A DNA stretch of 64,000 bases, taken from contig CBDBZY010000003.1 of assembly GCA_965213685.1 (NCBI GenBank), positions 192,001-256,000 on the forward strand, read 5' to 3'. Position 1 is the first letter of the stretch. Each line of letters opens with the position of its first letter. Shown here one piece after another: positions 49,947-59,107 of this stretch. The notes beneath the pieces are model-generated. The model ran no database searches. It was given only the letters and a program-made list of their open reading frames with translations, and was not told the origin of the DNA. The translations under genes were made by a program, and so were the position numbers. This DNA is from a bacterium (GTDB lineage Bacteria; UBA8248).

Positions 49947-51713
49947 ATGACCGGAAGTGCGCTAATAGGGACTATCGTCCGCATCGTCCGCCTGAGAGAA
50001 CGCTCCGCATTGCGCGGCTGCCTTCTTGCGATGCTCGCCCTCTGCGCGGTGGCTTTCTGGCTACGCACGGCGCACATCTCTGCGTCTCTACCCTATCCGC
50101 AGCATAGCGATGAACTAAATATAGCGAATAACGCGGCCAACATTCTGAGGACTGGGAATTATTATCCGACCAACTTCAACAAGCCGTCCCTCCCCATATA
50201 TCTTGCGACGGCGGCGATGGGAGTCGGGTTCATCAGCACCGCGCCCGAATTGGAGGTTGAAAGCAATCACCGTATCGACATAAGGAATGATCTTGGGAAA
50301 GTAGCTTATCCATTCTATACCCTTCCGGGCGTTGTTGAGAAAGCGCGGTGGCTGTTTGCGCTATTGTCGGTCGTGGCGATGGCGGCGGGTGGAGTCGTGG
50401 CCTGTCAACTGCTGGGTCGGCCCGGTGCTTTGATACTTGCGCCGCTCGTGCTTGCACTCTCCTCCTTCTTCTTTCGTATGTCCCATAGTTATCTGAATGT
50501 CGATATCGTCGGTACTTGTTTCGTCGCACTGGGCATGGCCGCAGTGCTGCAAGGCACCAGCCGCCCTTGCCCAACCCTACGCGGACTCGCTGTCAAGCCG
50601 TCAATCTGTGTCGGCTTGGCCGCCGGCTGCAAGTACACCCACGGCCTTCTTCTTTTTTCCGTCATGCTTGCAATCTGGCTGTTCATGGAGCGCGGTCGCC
50701 GGCTTCAAGCGACGGTCATCGCCATAACGACAGCCGGCCTGTCGTTCCTCGCTGTCGCTCCATACAGCGTAATCGCTCTGCCGGATTTTGTGAACGGACT
50801 CGCCAGACAAGCGCACCATTATGCCACCGGACATCCGGGTTATGAGTCCGACCCCGGACTGGACCAGCTCGTTTACTATGCGTCTTTCCTTATCTCGGAT
50901 TTCGGGGTCGCCGGCCTTGTTCTCTGTTTGATTGGTCTGATTTCCGCCACCTTATCGGACTGGCGCAGGACGCTTGTCCTCATCTCGTTCCCAGTGGCTT
51001 TGTTTGCTCTACTCGCAGCGCAACGAGTCCACTTCCTGCGCACTATACTGCCTGTCTTCCCATCGGTCGCAGTATTTATTACTTGCGGTATTTTCTTCCT
51101 TCATGGGCGGTTGATGCGCGTTCCCTGGATCCGCCGGATAGAGATTCGCGGGCTTCAAAGCGCAATTGGGGTGGTCGGTTTTCTGGGGCTCTTTGCACTC
51201 GGCTTGAACGCGCCGCTCGGCAAGTTCGCCGCACAAATGGAAGTCGCCGGCGAGAATCGCGTGCGAGCCGTGGCTTGGATAAAGAAGCATGTCTCTACGG
51301 ACGCGACTGTGATCGTCCCGGAGGAGCTCTATCTCGACACCCGGCCGCTGGCCTCCAGCGGCTATCCGATACGGGTAGTGGAATTCAAGGCGCTTGACAC
51401 GGCGCAGAGCATTGACTCGCTCATGACGAAGATTCCCGGGCCGGTGGTTGTGCTCGTTCCGCGGTGGGTTGCGGCGCGCCGGTTCTCGGATTCAGACGGC
51501 GCCCAAGACAGGGCGGCGGCCCTGAATGAAGCGTTGATGCGGGCGCAACTTGTGCCGTTGGCCGACTTTGGCCCCGAGCGTGGCGTGTTGCTCCATAGTC
51601 CCAGGTCGCGGCTCTATATCACTTGGGGGAACCCTGGGCGGAACCCCGGATTCAGCATCGCCAGGGTGCCGGGCCGGAAGGACGCACGGCGATGCGTGCC
51701 ACCTTGTCGATGA
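49947..51713 (+). CDS. ArnT/PMT-like (GT-C) membrane glycosyltransferase
   Basis: AFWLR..LPYPQHSDE loop motif, FNKPSL, SHSYLNVD, GLAAGCKY; multiple TM helices. Confidence 0.8.
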   Translation: MTGSALIGTIVRIVRLRERSALRGCLLAMLALCAVAFWLRTAHISASLPYPQHSDELNIANNAANILRTGNYYPTNFNKPSLPIYLATAAMGVGFISTAPELEVESNHRIDIRNDLGKVAYPFYTLPGVVEKARWLFALLSVVAMAAGGVVACQLLGRPGALILAPLVLALSSFFFRMSHSYLNVDIVGTCFVALGMAAVLQGTSRPCPTLRGLAVKPSICVGLAAGCKYTHGLLLFSVMLAIWLFMERGRRLQATVIAITTAGLSFLAVAPYSVIALPDFVNGLARQAHHYATGHPGYESDPGLDQLVYYASFLISDFGVAGLVLCLIGLISATLSDWRRTLVLISFPVALFALLAAQRVHFLRTILPVFPSVAVFITCGIFFLHGRLMRVPWIRRIEIRGLQSAIGVVGFLGLFALGLNAPLGKFAAQMEVAGENRVRAVAWIKKHVSTDATVIVPEELYLDTRPLASSGYPIRVVEFKALDTAQSIDSLMTKIPGPVVVLVPRWVAARRFSDSDGAQDRAAALNEALMRAQLVPLADFGPERGVLLHSPRSRLYITWGNPGRNPGFSIARVPGRKDARRCVPPCR

Positions 51714-51870
51714 TCGACTGCGTCGTCGGGACCTTCTGGCGATGGTGCCGGACGCAGTGCCATCGCCCCGAGCTGCTGCCGAAGAGCCCGCTGGCGAAGC
51801 GAGCCATCGAACTCACTCCACGGATGTGGAAATCGCTGTTCGCCGACGTGCTATGCGCTCTGACCTCGGC
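51700..51870 (+). mobile_element. IS66 family transposase remnant, internally deleted
   Basis: FWRWCRTQCHRPELLPKSPLAK joined to RAIELTPRMWKSLFAD..(M)RSDL, two separate TnpC motifs. Confidence 0.6.
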
Positions 51871-51993
51871 CACCACGACCCGCCACTACACGGAGCTCGC
51901 TCCCACAACCACGGCTCAGAATGCCCGCTTACCCCTGGTGCTGGGTGTGCTGGGACAACTGTTGCTGCCCGTTGCGGTTCCAAAGGCTCTTCG

Positions 51994-52995
51994 ATGAACC
52001 AGGCAACCGTCTCTGTCGTCATCCCAGTCTACAATGAAGAAGACAACGTGATGCCGCTGGCGGAATCCCTGTTGGCGGCGCTCCGGGATTTCCCCCATCC
52101 TTGGGAAGTGATATTTGTCGACGACGGCAGTTCCGACCGGACCCGTGAAAAGCTGGATGAGGCCTTGCAGGCCATGCCCGGCTTTGCCAGCTTGGTGGAG
52201 CTGCAGCGCAATTTCGGCCAGACCGCCGCCACGCAGGCAGGCATGGACAAGGCTCGCGGAGAAATCCTGGTGACCCTGGACGGGGATCTGCAGAACGACC
52301 CCGCCGACATTCCTTCCATGGTGCAAAGACTGATCGACGAGGACCTGGACCTGCTGTCCGGCTGGCGCAGGGATCGTCAGGATGACTATCTCAGCAGAAA
52401 GCTGCCCTCGAGGCTTGCCAACTACCTGATTGACCGCTTGGCCGGCGTGCGCCTCAACGACTACGGGTGCCCCCTCAAGGTCTACCGGGGGGACATCATA
52501 AGGCATATCAGAGCCTACGGCGAGATGCACCGTTTCATTCCCGCGCTGGTGGCCATGCACACGAAAATATCGAGAATCAGGGAGCAGGTCGTCAGTCATC
52601 GCCCCCGGCGGTCGGGTCGCTCCAAGTACGGCATTTCGCGTACCTGGCGAGTGCTGCTCGACCTGCTGTCCGTGTATTTTTTCATGTCCTTTCGCAGCCG
52701 CCCCGCGCATTTCTTCGGGAGCATCGGCCTGGTGCTGGCCCTGCCCGGTGGTCTGATCCTGGGCTACCTGCTCTATGTGAAGACGATCCTGGGTGAAGAT
52801 ATAGGCGACAGGCCGTTGCTGCTGGTCGGGATACTCCTGGTGATCATGTCGGCCCAGTTCTTTTCCACGGGGATTCTCGGGGAATTCATCGCCCGCATCT
52901 ACCATGAGGCAACGGACACACCCACCTATACGGTCAGATCCCGAGGGTCGGTTTTCGCAACGACCTGGAAATGCAAGGGAAGCCCTGATTCATAG
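51994..52995 (+). CDS. Glycosyltransferase family 2, polyprenol-phosphate GT (ArnC/GtrB/DPM1-like)
   Basis: SVVIPVYNEE, VDDGSSD, RNFGQTAA, LDGDLQNDP, HRFIPAL, GRSKYG, two C-terminal TM helices. Confidence 0.92.
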   Translation: MNQATVSVVIPVYNEEDNVMPLAESLLAALRDFPHPWEVIFVDDGSSDRTREKLDEALQAMPGFASLVELQRNFGQTAATQAGMDKARGEILVTLDGDLQNDPADIPSMVQRLIDEDLDLLSGWRRDRQDDYLSRKLPSRLANYLIDRLAGVRLNDYGCPLKVYRGDIIRHIRAYGEMHRFIPALVAMHTKISRIREQVVSHRPRRSGRSKYGISRTWRVLLDLLSVYFFMSFRSRPAHFFGSIGLVLALPGGLILGYLLYVKTILGEDIGDRPLLLVGILLVIMSAQFFSTGILGEFIARIYHEATDTPTYTVRSRGSVFATTWKCKGSPDS

Positions 52996-53122
52996 CAGGG
53001 CTGATTTGTTCTCTCGACCGTGTCCAATGAATTCAAGGAGCTATGTCGATCGCGGACCTCTTCGCCCGAAGTCGTCGTCAACCGAGGAAAGAGCCCCCGC
53101 ATCAAGGAGCCACGCCGCCCGG

Positions 53123-53236
53123 CGGCCATCAAGGACGTCCGAGAAAAAAGATGACGTGAGCAGGCTCTCACGAAGCGGTTGGGGAGCAGACCGCATTTGT
53201 GCCAGCGTAGTGGGCTTAGTCGTAGTTCATGGAAGG
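53123..53236. repeat. 114-bp direct repeat, copy 2
   Basis: Matches 49163-49276; abuts the right 61-bp repeat. Confidence 0.95.
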
Positions 53237-53296
53237 CGCGCCGGATTCTGCTTCAAACGCAATCGGTCGCTTTGCTCCAGACGCTTCCGGGATGAT
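53236..53296. repeat. 61-bp direct repeat, right copy
   Basis: Identical to 44850-44910; followed by a C15 tract. Confidence 0.95.
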
Positions 53297-53372
53297 GCTC
53301 ACCCCCCCCCCCCCCCGTGCATCGTGGCCGGGGGGCGCATGCGCTCTCCCGTTCGCGCCGCCCGGCTCGCCC

Positions 53373-54575
53373 CTATGAACCTCCGTTGGCGGCGGCTCCT
53401 GCCGGGGCCTCCGTGAGGCCGCAGAAGAACTCGTAGTCGATGAGCTCCGTGATGGAGGGGCTGTCTCCGCACACGGGGCAGGCGGGGTCCCGCCGAATCT
53501 GGAGCGTTCGGAACTGCGATTTGAGCGCGTCGTACATCAGGAGTTTGCCGATGAGCGGCTCGCCAAAGCCCACGATGAGCTTGGCGGTTTCCGTCGCCTG
53601 GATGGATCCCATGGTGCCGCAAAGCGCGCCGAGGACGCCGGCGTCTTGGCAGGAGGGCACCATGCCGGGCGGCGGCGGTTCGGGATAGAGGCAGCGGTAG
53701 CAGGGGCCGCCGGCGCCCGGGTGGTAGACGGTGGCCTGGCCCTCGAACTTGAAGATGGAGGCGTCGACGATGGGCTTGCCGAGGAACACGGCCGCGTCGT
53801 TGACGAGGTAGCGGGTGGGGAAGTTGTCCGCCCCGTTCACGATGACGTCGTAGTCTTTCAGGATGTCGAGCGCGTTGTCCCGGTGTAGCCTCTCCTCGTG
53901 CGCGATGATGCGCACGTCGGGGTTCAGCGCGGTGAGGGTGGCCCTGGCGCTTTCCACCTTGGAGGTGCCCACGCGCTCGTTGCTGTGAACGATCTGGCGC
54001 TGCAGGTTGCTCATGTCCACCACGTCGAGGTCCACGATGCCGATGGTGCCCACGCCCATCGCCGCCAGATACAGCCCGGTCGGCGAGCCGAGGCCTCCCG
54101 CGCCTATCAGGACGACCCTGGCGTCCAAGAGCTTGGCCTGTCCCCTCTCCCCTATCTGGGAGAGCAGAAAGTGGCGGCTGTAGCGGTTGAGCTGCTCGGC
54201 GCTCATCTGCTTGTCCACCTGGACGGGGAATCCCAAATCCTTCCATTTCCCATAGCCGCCGGCCATGGATTTCACGTTCTGGTAGCCCATGGACTGCAGC
54301 GCCTGGCCCGCGAGCAGCGAGCGCACGCCGCCCGCGCAGTAGGCGATGATGGGCGTCCTCCTGTCGGGGACGACCTGCTCGATCTTGAGCTCGAGGAATC
54401 CGCGGCTCACGTGCTCCGCCCCCGGCAGGTAGCCGCCCCGGAATTCGTCGGGTTCGCGCACGTCGATGAGCGCGACCTCCGCCCCGGCGTCCACGGCGGA
54501 TTTCACCTCCTCCGCCGCGATCTCGGGGACGTCGCCCCGCGCGGCCTCGAGCAGGTCTCGTCCTGTTTTCGCCAT
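53373..54575 (-). CDS. moeB: Molybdopterin-synthase adenylyltransferase MoeB with N-terminal rhodanese domain
   Basis: DVREPDE..YCAGGVRS rhodanese; RYSRH, GAGGLGSP, SNLQRQ, DNFPTRY, CYRC and CPVC. Confidence 0.92.
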   Translation of the reverse strand: MAKTGRDLLEAARGDVPEIAAEEVKSAVDAGAEVALIDVREPDEFRGGYLPGAEHVSRGFLELKIEQVVPDRRTPIIAYCAGGVRSLLAGQALQSMGYQNVKSMAGGYGKWKDLGFPVQVDKQMSAEQLNRYSRHFLLSQIGERGQAKLLDARVVLIGAGGLGSPTGLYLAAMGVGTIGIVDLDVVDMSNLQRQIVHSNERVGTSKVESARATLTALNPDVRIIAHEERLHRDNALDILKDYDVIVNGADNFPTRYLVNDAAVFLGKPIVDASIFKFEGQATVYHPGAGGPCYRCLYPEPPPPGMVPSCQDAGVLGALCGTMGSIQATETAKLIVGFGEPLIGKLLMYDALKSQFRTLQIRRDPACPVCGDSPSITELIDYEFFCGLTEAPAGAAANGGS

Positions 54576-54775
54576 TTTCTCCTCTCCTTGATTGCCCAGG
54601 GTTTCCACGGGATGAATCTGTGGGATGAAACCAGCGTCTCGTCCTTCGCGGGCGACGCCGTGCGCGGGACCCGCAATTCCGCAAAATACTAAACCAAATT
54701 GCTCAAGAATAGCAAGCGCTTTACGCCAAAACGACTCCGAAACGGGAAAACGCCCTCGCCCGGCATGGGCGCGCG

Positions 54776-55655
54776 CTAGTCCATGCCGGCGCCCTTTTCA
54801 AAAAACGACAATATGGCGTTCTGGTCGGCCTCCCCGTGTCCGAGGGCGGCCGCGCTCATGTAGACCTGCCGCGCGGCGGCGCCCAGGGGAATCGGCGTTG
54901 CGAGGGCGTCGGCCATCGCCGCGATGATGCGGAGGTCCTTGAGCATCAGGTTCACCGTGAAGGTGGGCGCGTAGTCCTTGGCGATCATGGGCGAGGCCTT
55001 GTATTCGAGAATCTTGGGGATGACGCTCGCCTTCAGGAACGCGACCATCTGCGCGGGGTCCAGCCCCCCCTTCGTTCCCATGGTCAACGCCTCGGCGATG
55101 GCGGAGATGTGGATGGCGAAGATGTGGTTCGTCACCAGCTTCATCTGGAGGCCCGCCCCGTTCGGGCCGAAGTAATGGATGGAGGCGCTGAAGGCTTCGA
55201 GGACGTCGCGGTGGGCGTCGAGTGCCGCTTTCTCGCCGCCGGCCATGACGGCGAGCGTTCCCGCCCTCGCGTGGGGGACGCTCCCGCTGACGGGGGTGTC
55301 CAGAAACCGGGCCCCCGCGCCTTTTCGCCTCCGCCGCCAGCTCCTGGCTCCCCTCGACCGTCAGGGTCGACAGATCAAAGCAAACCACGCCCCCGGGCGC
55401 GGTCGCGAGCGCGCCGGCTTCGCCCAGATACGCCCGCCGCGCGTGCTCGACCTCCGGCACGGAGCTGCAAATCACCTCGGCCCCGGATGCGGCTTCCGCC
55501 GCCGTGTCGAAGACCCGGATGCCGGCGGCGGCCGCCCGCTCGCGCGCGGAGGCGGCCGGGTCAAACCCGCGAACGTCGAAACCCGCCCGCACCAGGTTCT
55601 CCGACATGCCCGAACCCATGTTGCCCAGGCCGAGAAAAGCGACCGACTTTGCCAT
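54776..55655 (-). CDS. NAD(P)-dependent 3-hydroxyisobutyrate dehydrogenase family protein, paralog 2; frameshifted near 55310
   Basis: FLGLGNMG, DLST, FLDTPVSGS, MKLVTN, LMLKDL. Confidence 0.88.
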
Positions 55656-55721
55656 TTCTCATCACTCCCGAAAGTGGACGAGGGGGTCGCGCACCGCCCG
55701 CCGCGACCTCCCCCGGGAAAC

Positions 55722-56631
55722 CTATTTTGTTTTCGGCCTCATTCCCATGGCGTTCAGGAAGGATTCAAAAACCGCGTTGAAATCCGCCCCCTCGAGTCCG
55801 AGTGCCACGGCGGAGGTGTATTGCTGCCGCGCGGCGGCGCCCAGGGGGACGGGAACGCCCAGGTCGTTCGCCTCCTCGATGCTCAGCCCCAAATCCTTGT
55901 AGCTGATGCCCACGTTCGCGATGACGTCGGAATAATCGCGCGCCGCCATCGTCGCGCCCTTGTAGTACATCAGCTGGGGAACCACGCTTCCCTGCAGGAA
56001 TTTCACCATTTCCTGGCCGCCCAGCCCCGCCTTCATGCCGAACGCCAGCCCTTCCGCCATTCCGGCGTGGTGGATGTTCAGGATGTGGTTCGTCACCAGC
56101 TTCATGATCAGGCCGTTTCCCGATTTCCCCATATAGGTGATGGATTTGCTGAACGCCTCGAGCACGTCGCGGTGCTCCTGGAGCGCCGCCCGGTCCCCGC
56201 CCACGATGGCGGACACCTCCTTGCGCTCGAGATGCGGGATGCTGCCGCTGACGGGAGCGTCCAGGAAGGCGATTCCCCTCTTCCCGGCCTCCGCCGCTAT
56301 CTCTTTCGCCAGGCTGACGGCGCTCGTCGAAAGTTCGAAGCAGACCGCGCCGCGCCGCATCGCACCGAGCGCGCCGCCTGTGCCGAGATAGACGCTGCGC
56401 ACGGCGGGCGGGCGTGGGGAGCGAGCTGCACGCCACGTCGGCGCCCCTTGACGGCGGCGGAGACGCTTCGGGCGATTTTGGCGCCGTTTTTTCTGCGCTG
56501 CCGCAGCGGCTGCTGGGGACGGGGTCGTAGCCCGTTACGTCGAAGCCGGCGTCGATCAGGTGTTTCGTCATCAATCCGCCCATGCGCCCCAGACCCAAGA
56601 ATGCGATTTTCTTTGTCGTTTCGCGCGCCAT
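55722..56631 (-). CDS. NAD(P)-dependent 3-hydroxyisobutyrate dehydrogenase family protein, paralog 1; frameshifts 56400-56520
   Basis: FLGLGRMG, ELST, FLDAPVSGS, MKLVTN, YKDL. Confidence 0.88.
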
Positions 56632-56640
56632 TCCGTTCTC

Positions 56641-57521
56641 CTATTTCCGTAGCCCGAGCAGTTCCAGGGGATTGTCCACGAGTATCCTGTGGCGAACGCT
56701 CTCCTCCGGTGCCCAGTCGAGCAGCTGATCCAGCAGATCGCCGTCGTTGGGCATCGGAATCCTGCAGATGGGGTGCGGCCAGTCCGTGCCCCAGATGACC
56801 CCGCTCGGGCGCCGCTTCGATGAGCGCCTCGGCGACGGGATTGACGTCCGCGTATGGCGTCCGCCGGAGGCTCGTGATGCGGTAGGCGCCCGTGAGCTTC
56901 ACCCACGTTCTCCCCTCTTTGAGCAAATCCAGGAATTCCTGGAGCGGCCCCAGCCCCTCGGCGGCCGGGACGTAGCCCATATGGCCAAAGACGCAATCGA
57001 CGGGCAGGGCGGAGAAGGTTTTTCGGAAATCGGGGAACGCATGGGCGTGGACGAGAAACTCCATGTGCCAGCCCATGTCCCGGAGGCGCTCTCCCATCGA
57101 CTGGACTTCCGAGAAGGAGGCGAAGGGGTTCCCGCCCTTGTCGGCCAGGTTGACCCGTATGCCGCGAACGCCCGCGTCGTGCAGGTCGGCCAGCGTTTTG
57201 TCGCTCGCGTTCCCGTCCACGGCGGCCACGCCCATGAGACGTCCCTCCGAGCGGGCGATGGCGTCGAGCATGGCGTTGTTGTCCACCCCGTAGACGCTGG
57301 GCTGGGTGAGGACGCCGCGCTCCACCCCGAGCGTCCGGTGGAGGAGCGCATACGCCTCGAGCGGCGCATCGGGAGGCGTGTAGCCTCTCTTCGGGGAATA
57401 GGGGTATTTGCTCTCGGGGGCCGAACACGTGGGCGTGGGTGTCCCAGGCACCGGCGGGCAGCCGGAAGCGGGGCGCCCGCGGGCGAGGATCCGCCGGTGG
57501 GCAGTGGAGCATGTCTGGCAT
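56641..57521 (-). CDS. Amidohydrolase family protein (LigI/2-pyrone-4,6-dicarboxylate lactonase-like), frameshifted
   Basis: WDTHAHVFG, QPSVYGVDN, GVRGIRVN, GHMG, WVKLTGAYR, WGTDWPHP, PNDGDLL, ILVDNP. Confidence 0.88.
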
Positions 57522-57533
57522 CCGCAATTCCCT

Positions 57534-57833
57534 TTACCCGAGGTTGTCCTCGCGGCCATAGAGCTTGTGGCTTGGACGGCTGGCCAGGATGTTGGCTTTT
57601 CCCCAGTCCGTGACGGCGCGAAACGCATCGCTCCGGATGAAGGTCATGAAATCCTCCCGCGCGCCCCACTCCGAGAGGATGGTATAGGAATTCGGTTTTT
57701 TCACCTGCTGATACAAGAGGCTTTGCACGTGGCCCGCCTGTGCCTCCAGGGCGCCCGCCACGGCCTCGAATTTCTCTTCAAACTCCTTCTCCTTGCCCGG
57801 CAGCACCTCATAATACATGCCCACGGTGATCAT
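57534..57833 (-). CDS. Antibiotic biosynthesis monooxygenase (ABM) family protein
   Basis: MITVGMYYEVLPGKEKEFE..YTILSEW..FIRSDAF. Confidence 0.85.
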   Translation of the reverse strand: MITVGMYYEVLPGKEKEFEEKFEAVAGALEAQAGHVQSLLYQQVKKPNSYTILSEWGAREDFMTFIRSDAFRAVTDWGKANILASRPSHKLYGREDNLG

Positions 57834-57876
57834 GTTCCGCTCCTTGCGTGACGCGAGGCGTCCTCATAGGCGCTCT

Positions 57877-58743
57877 CTACAGATACTCTCTTTCCCACGC
57901 CTGAATTTTCGAGATGCCCAGGGCGTCGTTGTACTCCCGGAACGTGGCCATCATCCCGCGCGCGGTGCGCGTGGAGCCCTCCTCCCGGAGAATGCGCAAG
58001 ACGTCCTGCACCGCCTTGAGGTAGGTGCAGCGCACGATGCCGGGGTAGATGATGATGCGGAAGCCGAGTTCTCCCAGCTCCTCCACGCCCAGTGCCGCCT
58101 CGCGCCTCGACTCATCCAGCGTGGTGACGTGGGGCGGCGGGACCTCGGCCGCGATTCTGCGCAACTCCTCCTCCGTTCCCTCCACCTCGATGAACGTGAG
58201 GTCGGCCCCCGCCCGCCTGTAGGCGACCGCCCTGCGAATCGCCTCGTCCAGTCCATGATCCGCAGCCGCGTCCGTCCGGGCGAGGATGAGGAAATCCTCG
58301 CTCCTGCGGGTGTCGAGAGCCGCCTTCAGCTTGCCGAGCTGCTCCTCCAGGGAGATGACGGGAACCGAGCCGGGCAAAAACCCGCACCTTTTCGGCGTCG
58401 ACTGATCCTCGATCTGGATGCAGGCGACGCCCGCCGCCTCGAGTTCGCAGACGGTCCGAATCACGTTGACGGCGTTGCCGTAGCCGGTGTCGGCGTCCGC
58501 GATGAGGGGGATCGAGGTGGCCTGGACGACGTTCCTGCAAACGTCGGCCACCTCGCGCAGCGTCATAAAGCCCACGTCCGGCTTGCCGAGAAGCGCCGCC
58601 GAGGCGCCGTTGCCCGTCAGGTAGTTCACCGAGAAGCCCGCCTGTTCGACCATCCGCGCGCTGAATGCGTCGATGCAGGCGGGAGCGAGCACGGGCCGTT
58701 GCGTCTCCAGAAGGGATCGGAGGCGCGCGCCGCGATCGTTCAT
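57877..58743 (-). CDS. Isocitrate lyase/PEP mutase family protein
   Basis: DAFSAR, PDVG, PLIADADTGYG, QIEDQ..PKRCG, ARTDA. Confidence 0.92.
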   Translation of the reverse strand: MNDRGARLRSLLETQRPVLAPACIDAFSARMVEQAGFSVNYLTGNGASAALLGKPDVGFMTLREVADVCRNVVQATSIPLIADADTGYGNAVNVIRTVCELEAAGVACIQIEDQSTPKRCGFLPGSVPVISLEEQLGKLKAALDTRRSEDFLILARTDAAADHGLDEAIRRAVAYRRAGADLTFIEVEGTEEELRRIAAEVPPPHVTTLDESRREAALGVEELGELGFRIIIYPGIVRCTYLKAVQDVLRILREEGSTRTARGMMATFREYNDALGISKIQAWEREYL

Positions 58744-59107
58744 GGGTTCCTCCCGCCGACAGATGGATGGAAGATGGACTCCCCGGAAAATCCCCCGCCC
58801 GCCAGGCCCGTGTCAAGCGAGCGTCGTGTTTTCCCCGGTTGCGGGGACGGGGCAGAGGCCGCTTTCCGCCTCGCCCCCGGCATGGAAAACGGAGTGCGCA
58901 GGACCATCCTGATTATGGGATAATACCACCTTTGATTCCCCTGCCCAAGGTGGCCGCCTGCCCAAGGCGGCCGCGCCCGGTGCGGCGACAGGTCCGACGC
59001 CGCCCGCGTGGCTCCCCTCGGGCGGATGGGCGGCTTTTGCGGTGCGCCGTCGCAAAGTCTTGCGGGGCGGCAGCGGCGGAAACGCCGGCAGCGTGGGGAG
59101 AGCCGGA

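Larger units (their letters stand above)
44850..53296. mobile_element. Direct-repeat-bounded 8.4-kb island: decayed conjugation/IS remnants plus glycosyltransferase cargo
   Basis: 61-bp terminal repeats; TraW/TraY, S24 and IS66 fragments; visibly lower GC around 49.2-51.7 kb; no integrase seen. Confidence 0.7.

Noticed and set aside
51550-51993. N-terminal extension of the GT2 protein
   Set aside because: It overlaps the upstream gene end and an IS66 scar; GT2 homology starts at MNQATVSVVIP (51994)
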